Of a stretch of 64,000 nt of DNA, positions 39,927 to 48,588 are shown one piece after another; position 1 is the first letter of the stretch; every line of letters starts with the position of its first letter. The DNA is taken from positions 4,497 to 68,496 of the forward strand of contig CAYRCK010000004.1 of assembly GCA_964422745.1 (NCBI GenBank), in the 5' to 3' direction. The stretch is from an uncultured bacterium. Lineage in GTDB: Bacteria > Krumholzibacteriota > Krumholzibacteriia > Krumholzibacteriales > Krumholzibacteriaceae. Under the pieces are notes generated by a model. It ran no database searches. It was not told the DNA's origin and saw nothing but the letters and a program-made list of their open reading frames with translations. The position numbers and the translations under genes were made by a program.

Positions 39927-40901
39927 ATGAGGGAAAAGCGTTTTGTCTTGAATAGGATAGCGCGGGTGGTTCCGCTGGTCGTCATCATATCCATCATCAC
40001 GTTCAGCCTGTTGCACCTCGCACCGGGGGGACCTGTCGGAGTAATATCGCACAATCCCAAGATCACGGGAGACGATCTTGATAGGATAAGGGATATCTAC
40101 GGATTGAACAGAACGTTACCGGTGCAGTATCTGTGCTGGTTCCGTCAGGTTTTTCTACGCTTCGATTTCGGTGCAAGCTATGCAAGCGGACGACCCGTTT
40201 CCGAGATGATAGCTGAACGGCTCCCCGCGACACTGGAACTTATGGGGCTGGCATTTATCGTTGCCCTCGTGGCGGGGATAGGATTAGGCGTTGCATCCGC
40301 ACTGGACAGGGGAGGGACGGTCGATCAGCTGCTCTCCCTCGTTTCAACAGCCGGTATGTCGATGCCGGTGTTCTGGATAGGATTAATGGCCATAGCGCTC
40401 TTTTCCCTGAAGCTAGGCATACTGCCGGCTGGTGGCAGGGGCGTAGTGGGTGAATCCGCCTCTTTCACGGTTCATGTCAAGCACCTGGTTCTTCCCGTTT
40501 TAGTGTTGGCATTCGGTTACTTGGCCTCGTTCAGCCGGTATATGAAAGCCGGGATGGACGAGGCGATAAGAGGGGAGTATATAAGGACAGCCCGTGCGAA
40601 AGGTCTCCGGGAGCGTGTGGTTATATTCAAGCATGCTTTCCGAAACGCCGTTCTGCCGGTGATAACAATCGTGGCTATGCAGATCCCCACCCTTTTCACG
40701 GGGGCCGTTATAACAGAGACGGTTTTCTCCTGGCCCGGGATGGGGAGGCTGTTCTACGAAGGACTTCAAAGACATGATTACACGAGAATCCTCGGTATAG
40801 TCGTCATATCCTCTCTGCTCATAATACTGTTCAATTTTGTCGGGGATATTCTAAGCATACTGGCGGATCCGAGGATGTATCCTCAGGCGGAACCGGATTA
40901 G
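39927..40901 (+). CDS. ABC transporter permease (DppB/OppB-type)
   Basis: 6-TM BPD_transp_1 permease; paralogue of the 7382 gene. Confidence 0.85.
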   Translation: MREKRFVLNRIARVVPLVVIISIITFSLLHLAPGGPVGVISHNPKITGDDLDRIRDIYGLNRTLPVQYLCWFRQVFLRFDFGASYASGRPVSEMIAERLPATLELMGLAFIVALVAGIGLGVASALDRGGTVDQLLSLVSTAGMSMPVFWIGLMAIALFSLKLGILPAGGRGVVGESASFTVHVKHLVLPVLVLAFGYLASFSRYMKAGMDEAIRGEYIRTARAKGLRERVVIFKHAFRNAVLPVITIVAMQIPTLFTGAVITETVFSWPGMGRLFYEGLQRHDYTRILGIVVISSLLIILFNFVGDILSILADPRMYPQAEPD

Positions 40902-40916
40902 AAGCGCGGCAAGTAG

Positions 40917-41858
40917 GTGCAGCCTATGGCGGTGAAGGTATCAGAGGGAAGAAAAACACGTGGTGACGGCCCGGATGTGCGCACCCTGATGAAGGCGCAC
41001 GTATCGTGGAAGAAGCCTCCCAAAGGCGCGAGCCCGGCCGGATTGCTGAAGGTGAAAACCTCAGGTCCGGCCCCTGCCGGATTCGCTGCGGTATGTATTC
41101 TTCTCATTATTGTCGTAACGCTGTTGGCCCCCCTTTTCGCACCGGCCGGCAGGGATTCGATAGACCTCGATAATATTCTGTCCGGACCTTCCCCAAGGCA
41201 TATTCTCGGCACCGATGAGCTGGGCAGGGATATCCTGACCCGTCTTATCTACGGCGGGCGTTTCACGCTGCTGGTCGCATTCCTGTCGGTATCGATCTCC
41301 TTGGTCATTGGTATCACCCTCGGTTGCATAGCCGGAAGGATCGGTGGGGGCGCCGACCTGGCGGTAATGGCTCTAGTGAATGTATTTCTCTCCGTTCCGG
41401 TATTCCTCGTTCTTCTTACCGCCGCTTCCCTGTTCGGCGGCAATTTCTGGACTGTGCCGCTGGTGATAGGATGCACTTCCTGGATGGAGATTGCCCGTAT
41501 GGTCAGGGCCGAGCTCTTACGCTCCGGGAGTGAGGAATACGTTGCAGCCGCCCATTCGCTGGGATTGCCGGATTCGATGATCGTTTTGAAACACATGCTC
41601 CCTCAAGCCCTTCCGGCGGTGGTTGTCGCCGCGACCATTGGTTTCTCACAGGCGATGCTGGTCGAAAGCTCTCTGAGCTTTCTGGGTTTCGGTATCCAGC
41701 CCCCGCTACCGACCTGGGGGAACATGCTGTACAATGCCAATACACTTCTACGCCGGGCCCCCGTTGCGGCATTCGCCCCCGGATTCACGATCTTCATCTC
41801 ATGTCTCTGCTTTAATCTCGTCGGGAACGGCTTCAAACGGCTTCTTGCTAACAGGTAA
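40917..41858 (+). CDS. ABC transporter permease (DppC/OppC-type)
   Basis: OppC_N-like segment (LGTDELGRDILTRL) and permease core. Start may be a later Met (about 40989). Confidence 0.8.
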   Translation: MQPMAVKVSEGRKTRGDGPDVRTLMKAHVSWKKPPKGASPAGLLKVKTSGPAPAGFAAVCILLIIVVTLLAPLFAPAGRDSIDLDNILSGPSPRHILGTDELGRDILTRLIYGGRFTLLVAFLSVSISLVIGITLGCIAGRIGGGADLAVMALVNVFLSVPVFLVLLTAASLFGGNFWTVPLVIGCTSWMEIARMVRAELLRSGSEEYVAAAHSLGLPDSMIVLKHMLPQALPAVVVAATIGFSQAMLVESSLSFLGFGIQPPLPTWGNMLYNANTLLRRAPVAAFAPGFTIFISCLCFNLVGNGFKRLLANR

Positions 41859-41895
41859 CGATACTGGTAACTTTACATTCCAGTGCGCACATGCC

Positions 41896-42966
41896 GTCAT
41901 GTGCTTCTTGAGTATGGACGGGGGAGCCGATTTGCGAAGAGGGATAAAGGCCATTGGATTGGTTTCCGGAGGGCTTGACAGCATTCTAGCCGTGTCCGTC
42001 ATCAGTCGGCAGGGGATAGAAGTTCAGGGCGTTCACTTCTTCAACGGCTTCTCTCCCGGTTATCATAAGCGCCGGATGCTGGGGGGCTCGATAGATAATG
42101 AACTCGAGATGGAAGCATCCGCGATTTCGGAAGCCCTGAGTGTTCCTGTGGATTCGATCGATATAACCCAAGAGTTCATCAGTATACTTGTCAAACCCAA
42201 GCACGGGTACGGAGCCAATATGAATCCGTGCATCGATTGCAGGGCGTTCATGCTGGACATGACCGGCGGGCTCATGAAGGACTACGGCGCCGATTTCGTG
42301 TTCACCGGTGAGGTTCTAGGTCAGCGTCCCATGTCACAGAACAGGCGCGCCATGGATATCGTGGAACGAGAGAGCGGGCTGGGGGGGTTGCTGCTACGCC
42401 CGCTGAGCGCCAAGCTCCTTCCCGCCACGCTTCCGGAAAAGAATGGATGGGTTAGAAGGGAGGACCTTCTCGATATACAGGGGCGTTCACGAAAACGGCA
42501 GATGAAGCTCGCCGCTGAATTAGGAATAGTCGACTATATCCAGCCGGCCGGAGGATGCACGCTGACGGATGAGAACTACGCCAGGAAATTAAGGGATCTG
42601 CTAGCGGCTTCGGAAACGGCTCAGCTTTCCGTAGAGGAGACCGTACTTCTCTCGGTAGGCAGGCACTTCCGGATTTCGGGCGGCGTCAAGATAGTAGTGG
42701 GGAGAAATCAAGCCGAGAACTCCTATATCGAAAGGCACTGGGGAGGACATTGGCTGGCTTCACCGGTGGAAATACCCGGTCCTACGACTCTCATTCAGGG
42801 GGAAGCTGATGGGGAAACGTTGAGAGAGGCAGCTTCGATTACGGCCCGTTACAGTGACGGCAAGAACTCACCGGTTGTCAGCATCAGGTTCAAGAGGGAC
42901 GGCAGCGTTGTTGTAATCGATGCAGCGCCCGCCGCCGATGATCTTATCGAGCAAAAGCGCATCTGA
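41896..42966 (+). CDS. PP-loop superfamily ATP pyrophosphatase, MnmA/ThiI-like (putative tRNA thiolation enzyme)
   Basis: SGGxDS PP-loop (GLVSGGLDS). NPCIDCRAFML resembles the MnmA NPDILCN active-site Cys region; second Cys region AGGCTL. The 41734 ORF extension overlaps the upstream permease, so start is placed at ATG 41896 (or 41914). Confidence 0.5.
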   Translation, partial: VMCFLSMDGGADLRRGIKAIGLVSGGLDSILAVSVISRQGIEVQGVHFFNGFSPGYHKRRMLGGSIDNELEMEASAISEALSVPVDSIDITQEFISILVKPKHGYGANMNPCIDCRAFMLDMTGGLMKDYGADFVFTGEVLGQRPMSQNRRAMDIVERESGLGGLLLRPLSAKLLPATLPEKNGWVRREDLLDIQGRSRKRQMKLAAELGIVDYIQPAGGCTLTDENYARKLRDLLAASETAQLSVEETVLLSVGRHFRISGGVKIVVGRNQAENSYIERHWGGHWLASPVEIPGPTTLIQGEADGETLREAASITARYSDGKNSPVVSIRFKRDGSVVVIDAAPAADDLIEQKRI

Positions 42967-43005
42967 CGGTCCGCCGAAGAGGATGGCAGCTTTGTCGGTC
43001 GGCGT

Positions 43006-43512
43006 CTATCCGTTCGTATTCATGTGCTTCTCTATCAAGCATCTGTGGCTGCCGAATGCGAGAGGAGGAAGTTCGCCGGTCGCGAAGAAGCTTGCTTCAT
43101 CGGCGTCATCTCCCGCACTGATGGATCCCTCGAATCTGGCAAAGTGGTATCCTATTATGAGTAGGGATGTCCCGTAGAATTTACTTTCCTCGAATATTAT
43201 ATCTATCAATGTCGGATCGCATGCCTTGATCCCTGTTTCCTCCTCGATTTCCCTTCTGGCCGCGTCGATCGGGTTCTCTCCCGATTCCACGAAGCCTCCG
43301 GGCAATCCCCAGAGCGCCTTGCCGGGTTCGCGGTTCCTGAGGACTAGGAGTATGCGTCCGGATTCATCGCATATAAGACCGGTTGAAGCCGGTATCGGAT
43401 TCTCGTAGACGAAGCGCTCCTCCTCACTGCAGTAAAGCCTCGACCGACCCTCATTATCCATCGTGGTAAGGGGTTTCCCGCAAAAAGGGCAAAATTTCTT
43501 TTCTGTATTCAA
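43006..43512 (-). CDS. NUDIX hydrolase with N-terminal zinc-ribbon
   Basis: Nudix box GGFVESGENPIDAARREIEEETG. N-terminal CPFCG...YC zinc-ribbon-like segment (NudC-like). Confidence 0.8.
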   Translation of the reverse strand: MNTEKKFCPFCGKPLTTMDNEGRSRLYCSEEERFVYENPIPASTGLICDESGRILLVLRNREPGKALWGLPGGFVESGENPIDAARREIEEETGIKACDPTLIDIIFEESKFYGTSLLIIGYHFARFEGSISAGDDADEASFFATGELPPLAFGSHRCLIEKHMNTNG

Positions 43513-43643
43513 ACGCTTTCCTCTATTGGATATCCAGCGAGCGATGGACCCGGGAGCTTACATATAACATCCTCTCTCGGCTCAGGGATAAGATAATTAA
43601 ACGATCCTCAAGCTTCAAGTCCTTCGAGAGATCTCGTGTTTGT

Positions 43644-45371
43644 TTGAAGTTGCATGATATGCGGGTTTCATGTAGCATGGAACGACAATACGGAGCGCGA
43701 TGGGGGTATGCCGTGAATTCTGTCGTTATAGCCCTGGTAACGATCATAGCCTACATAATAGCATACAGGTACTACGCCGGATTCATCGCTGATCGTGTTC
43801 TTTCACTCGATCCTGTCAGAAAAACCCCTTCGGTGGAGTTCGAAGACGGCGTAGACTTCGTTCCCACTAGCAGAATTATTCTCTTCGGGCATCATTTCGC
43901 CTCTATCGCCGGTCTGGGACCCATACTCGGACCTGCCATCGCAGTGATCTGGGGTTGGCTTCCCGCAGTGCTGTGGATCCTGTTCGGGTCGGTCTTTCTC
44001 GGTGCCGTGCACGACTTCACCACTCTCTTCGTGTCGATTCGCAAGGGCGGCAGATCGATCGGCGATATCGCCGAATCTCTGATCGGACCAAGGGCCAGGA
44101 TTCTCTTCCTGGTTCTAATATTCTTCACGTTATCCCTTGCAATGGGGACATTTGTACAGATAATAGCCACGTTGTTCTCTCCTCAGTACCATCCCGAAGC
44201 CGTTCTTCCCGTTGTTTCACTGATCTTCCTGGCCGTGGCGGTGGGGATGCTCGTTTACAGGTGGGGGTGCAGGATTGCCCCGGCAACAGCGGCTGCCATC
44301 GTTGTCATGTTTTTCATGGTCTGGATCGGCATCAAGTATCCGGTCGGTGGTGTGAGCAAGACGGGGTGGACATACTTGCTGATAGCGTATGCATATGTCG
44401 CATCCGTACTTCCAGTTTGGCTGCTCCTGCAACCCAGGGATTATCTTAACGCATACCAGCTCGTGATAGGTATGGTCCTCATGTATGCCGGATTGTTCGT
44501 ATTCCGCCCGATGATCGCCGCTCCGACGGTAAACACCAGCCCTCAGGGCGCTCCGTCCCTTTTTCCTTTTCTTTTCATCACTATTGCTTGCGGGGCGATC
44601 TCGGGTTTCCACAATCTGGTTTCCAGCGGAACGACATCCAAACAGCTCGAGAGAGAACCCCAGGCTCGGTTGATCGGGTACGGGGGCATGCTGGCGGAGG
44701 GAGCTCTCGCCATCATAGTCGTGCTTTCCTGCGTCGCGGGCATATCGAAGGCGGATTGGCACGCCCATTACTCGTCCTGGCAGGAGGCATCGGGCCTTGC
44801 TGCGAAAATGGAGGCTTTCGTATTCGGTGCGGGTGAATTCATATCCAGGATCGGAATTCCGGTGGAACTGGCTAGGAGCTTTATAGTCGTTATGGCAGTG
44901 GGATTCGCAATGACGACGCTCGACTCGGGGACGAGGCTTCTACGATACAACCTCGAGGAACTCGGCGGCGGCCTTGGCATCAGGTTCATGAAGAACAGGT
45001 TCTTGGCGGCATTCATAGCCGTTCTGGGTATAGGATATTTCGGCCTCATGAAGGTGGATGGAAAAGCGGTCGGGCTGGCGCTTTGGGAGCTATTCGGGAC
45101 AACTAACCAGATCCTGGCCGCACTCGGACTCCTGACCGTCTCGCTGTTCCTGTATCGCTTGCGCAAACCGATAATATATACATTGATACCGATGGTCTGT
45201 ATGATGGGTATGACCGTTACGGCAATGGTCATAAAGCTGTCGATAAATTTCTCCGCCGGACGCTGGTCCCTGTTCTCGGTAGGCATGGTCATACTCGTCC
45301 TTGTGCTGTGGCTGGTGGTGGAGGCGGCTCTTTCGTTCAAGCGGCACATAAGGAACGGGCCGGCACAATAA
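43644..45371 (+). CDS. cstA: Carbon starvation protein CstA family transporter
   Basis: CstA N-terminal core (IAYRYYAGFIADRVL...FGHHFASIAGLGPILGPAIA), polytopic, 575 aa. Start may be the internal Met at about 43677. Confidence 0.85.
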   Translation: MKLHDMRVSCSMERQYGARWGYAVNSVVIALVTIIAYIIAYRYYAGFIADRVLSLDPVRKTPSVEFEDGVDFVPTSRIILFGHHFASIAGLGPILGPAIAVIWGWLPAVLWILFGSVFLGAVHDFTTLFVSIRKGGRSIGDIAESLIGPRARILFLVLIFFTLSLAMGTFVQIIATLFSPQYHPEAVLPVVSLIFLAVAVGMLVYRWGCRIAPATAAAIVVMFFMVWIGIKYPVGGVSKTGWTYLLIAYAYVASVLPVWLLLQPRDYLNAYQLVIGMVLMYAGLFVFRPMIAAPTVNTSPQGAPSLFPFLFITIACGAISGFHNLVSSGTTSKQLEREPQARLIGYGGMLAEGALAIIVVLSCVAGISKADWHAHYSSWQEASGLAAKMEAFVFGAGEFISRIGIPVELARSFIVVMAVGFAMTTLDSGTRLLRYNLEELGGGLGIRFMKNRFLAAFIAVLGIGYFGLMKVDGKAVGLALWELFGTTNQILAALGLLTVSLFLYRLRKPIIYTLIPMVCMMGMTVTAMVIKLSINFSAGRWSLFSVGMVILVLVLWLVVEAALSFKRHIRNGPAQ

Positions 45372-46312
45372 TGCGTGAAACTGATGGAAGGGGATTCGAC
45401 GTGGTCGGGGTTGGTTATACGGCCCTCGATTATCTCGGGATGATTCCTTCATTCCCTCGAGAAAACCATAAGCTGGAAATGCGGGAATTCACAGTACAGG
45501 GGGGTGGTCCCTGCGCCACCGCCATGGTCACGGCGAGCAGGCTGGGTCTGTCGACGTCGTTTGTCGGCAAGGTCGGCGACGATTATTTCGGTGATTGCAT
45601 GCTCGACGAGCTGAGAAGGGAGGGGGTTGATATATCTTCGGTCACCGTGCAGGCCGGGAAAACATCGCAGTTCGCGTTCATCATGGTCGATGAGCGGTCG
45701 GCGGCGCGGACGATCCTGTGGTCACGCGGGAGCGTGGACGGGATCGGCCCCGCTGACATAGACGCGGATCTAATATCGGGATCCGGCGTCCTTCTCGTGG
45801 ACAGTATGGAGCCGTTCGGCGGAGCCGAGGCCGCCCGTATAGCGAGGGAAAATTCGGTGCCTGTCGTGTTCGACGCAGGAACGCTGCGTGAGGGTGTGAA
45901 GGAATTGCTTCCTCTGTGTGATTATATAATAGCCAGCGAGGTTTTCGCCGATCAGATATCGGGGGGAGGAGACGTGGAAGAAGCCCTCGATGCCATATAC
46001 TCGTATTCGGGCGAAGCTGCGGTAATAACGTTGGGGGAGAGGGGGTGTGTGGCTCTTTCCAGCGGTGGGATGATGAGCGAAAAGGGTTTCGAACTCGATG
46101 CCGTGGACACGACAGGGGCCGGTGACGTGTTCCACGGGGCGTTTCTCTATGCGATTCTTGCCGGCTGGGACCTGAGGAAGGCGTGTATTTTCTCCAACGC
46201 CGTTGCGGGGCTCAAGTGCCTTCACCTGGGAGGAAGGGCCGGCATTCCAGGGATAGAAGAGGTGATGTCCTTTCTCGAAAGGCAGAGGCCCGAGATAGAA
46301 TTCGGCAACTAA
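45371..46312 (+). CDS. PfkB-family carbohydrate/nucleoside kinase (ribokinase-like)
   Basis: ATG overlaps the cstA TAA stop (TAATG). N-terminal GG motif and C-terminal GAGDVFHGAF anion-hole motif. Confidence 0.85.
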   Translation: MRETDGRGFDVVGVGYTALDYLGMIPSFPRENHKLEMREFTVQGGGPCATAMVTASRLGLSTSFVGKVGDDYFGDCMLDELRREGVDISSVTVQAGKTSQFAFIMVDERSAARTILWSRGSVDGIGPADIDADLISGSGVLLVDSMEPFGGAEAARIARENSVPVVFDAGTLREGVKELLPLCDYIIASEVFADQISGGGDVEEALDAIYSYSGEAAVITLGERGCVALSSGGMMSEKGFELDAVDTTGAGDVFHGAFLYAILAGWDLRKACIFSNAVAGLKCLHLGGRAGIPGIEEVMSFLERQRPEIEFGN

Positions 46313-46315
46313 CCG

Positions 46316-46807
46316 CTACTTGAGATCGAAATTCTTGTATTTCCCCGAAGCCAGATCGAAAAGCATCCAGCCGGGTTGTTCTCTCAACCCCATAAGCTCA
46401 CCCGGATTCACCAACCACGTGCCGCCTATCCTCTCTACTTTACGTAAGTGTGTGTGCCCGTAGAATACAGCCGTGTATTGTCCCGTGCTGGCAAGTCCCC
46501 GGGCGAATTCCGGCCTGTGCGTGAATGCGACGGTTCCGTATTCCGTTTCCAGAAATCCAACATCTCCATGTATTGTGATATTGGGATACTTCATCGAAAC
46601 CTTCTCGATCGTGTAACGGTCACCCTCGTTGTTTCCAAAGACGATATCGACCGGGCCTTCGAATCCTGCGATCCGGTCTATGACGAATGGAGAGCAGAGA
46701 TCACCGCAATGAATGATCGATCCGGCTTCCGACATGTTGATTTGCCCGAGTGCACTTTCGAGATTATTCAGGTGGTCGTGAGTGTCGCTGATAACCGCAA
46801 TTTTCAT
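46316..46807 (-). CDS. Metallophosphoesterase (YfcE/MJ0936-like phosphodiesterase)
   Basis: MKIAVISDTHDHL, GDLCSP, GNNEGD, GHTHL motifs of calcineurin-like phosphoesterases. Confidence 0.8.
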   Translation of the reverse strand: MKIAVISDTHDHLNNLESALGQINMSEAGSIIHCGDLCSPFVIDRIAGFEGPVDIVFGNNEGDRYTIEKVSMKYPNITIHGDVGFLETEYGTVAFTHRPEFARGLASTGQYTAVFYGHTHLRKVERIGGTWLVNPGELMGLREQPGWMLFDLASGKYKNFDLK

Positions 46808-47217
46808 GGCAGCCCTCCATTTGCGTGCATCTTGATACGGCCGGACGCCGAGAGGATGATCTATCGGGAGATGATATCAACTTTATCACAGTTTTGACAG
46901 CGGATAAGAAGTGGAACATTTTTCCGCTGACAACTTTCATCTGTCCTCCCGGACTGAAAAGATATGCGGGCAAGCCGCGTATCGTGTGCTGTATCCGATC
47001 ACCGGGAACTCTGTAATATACTATCATCCATACACTTCGTGCTTCGGAATCCGGGCAGATGTGAGTCCGTGCCGCTCATGGCATGCCTTTTGATCGATGT
47101 ACGATCTACGTGCAGGCGGGAAGCGTATCCTGGATTCCGGATGTACGATTTGAAACGGCATGGCTCCGGCCGTGCTTGGCAGGATATGGATCAATCCGAT
47201 AGGAAAGGTGAAATCTC

Positions 47218-48270
47218 GTGTCCATGAATGTCGGCGTAACGGATTGCTCCGAATACGTAAGAGCCTTTAATGAAGCCGAAGAGTTGCTTGGATCCGGCAA
47301 CGACTGCGAAGCAGAACCTATTCTGCTCAACCTCATCGGGATCACCGGTATCGCCTCCATCGCCTGTTTCCGGTTGGGGGAGATCTACAACAGGGGGGCG
47401 AAACCTATTAAATCAATCGAATATCACACGAAAGCTTTCGAGCTCGATCCGCGTCTGGCCTGTCGGATAACATCCAAGGAACATGTCCACAACGGATATA
47501 TCTTCAAGAAGGTGGACCAGAAACATGTCTCGTGCTGCCCCCTTTGCGACGGCCCCGGCAGGGAGCACTGGGTGTTCAATATGATAACGAATAACGATTT
47601 CAACGAGGGTTTTCATCCAATCCGGATCTGGATGTACTGTGATTCGTGCCATCACATATTCGCAAATAACTATCCATCAGAACTCGGGCGTGTTTTGAAG
47701 GGATCCGAGAACGATCAATACGAGAAGCCGAACACGGCGCTCCTCCACATTGTAGGTGAGATAGTATCGTCTATATCACTCAGATCGTCCGGTAATAGGC
47801 TGCTAGAAGTAGGTGTGGGGGCGGGGGAGATGTCGGCGGTGGCTAAGGAGTTCGGGTTCGACGTTACCGGCGTCGAGATAAGGCCCGCCCATGCGAAGAT
47901 GGTTTCGGACATGCTGGGAATCGAAGTCGTTCAATCAGACTTCATGGAGATGGAGACTTGCAGCCGGTACGATGTCATCTGCATGGGCGACGTCATCGAA
48001 CATATGCCGGATCCCGCGATCGCCTTGAGAAAAGCACGCTCCATGCTGGATCCAGGGGGGATCTTATGGATATCGACACCAAATTTCGATAGCGCTTTTT
48101 CAGTGATAACCGGTGATCTGGATCCCATGAAGAGGGTGTGCGAACATCTTAATTATTTCTCGAAGGTATCGATTGAAGGACTGCTGCAACGTACAGGTTT
48201 CAAGGTAGTCGACTATCGAGTATCCGGTCATTACAACGGTTCGATGGAAGTGCTGGCCGAGACGAGTTGA
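47218..48270 (+). CDS. Class I SAM-dependent methyltransferase with N-terminal helical (TPR-like) segment and CxxC...CxxC zinc-ribbon
   Basis: SAM motif I LEVGVGAGEM, motif post-I DVTGVEI, motif II/III (DVICMGDVIEHMPDP, GGILWISTPN). Cys pairs CCPLCDG and CDSCHH upstream of the MT core. Confidence 0.7.
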   Translation: MSMNVGVTDCSEYVRAFNEAEELLGSGNDCEAEPILLNLIGITGIASIACFRLGEIYNRGAKPIKSIEYHTKAFELDPRLACRITSKEHVHNGYIFKKVDQKHVSCCPLCDGPGREHWVFNMITNNDFNEGFHPIRIWMYCDSCHHIFANNYPSELGRVLKGSENDQYEKPNTALLHIVGEIVSSISLRSSGNRLLEVGVGAGEMSAVAKEFGFDVTGVEIRPAHAKMVSDMLGIEVVQSDFMEMETCSRYDVICMGDVIEHMPDPAIALRKARSMLDPGGILWISTPNFDSAFSVITGDLDPMKRVCEHLNYFSKVSIEGLLQRTGFKVVDYRVSGHYNGSMEVLAETS

Positions 48271-48588
48271 TCCAGGCAAGGATAAATTCCACAGGGCTGA
48301 TAGGAAAGATTTTACCTGTTTCACATCTCGGTGGAAGGATTTCGACCCTCCCGCATATATCCACGTCCGTAATCACATCCCAGCTCCGAAGACTTAACGG
48401 TGCCTTAACTCGTTTAACCAAAGAAAGTTCAAGGAGGACCGGTTTTATTTGTGCCCGGTCCGGATAGATAACCGAATGCAGGGCATGCTTCTTGATCCTT
48501 TCAAGTTTCGTTCTTCAGGCCGTGGGAATTGATTCCGCTTCGAAAGGGGATTTTTGTGGCGAATGACCGTGAGGCTGGGATTATCGAT

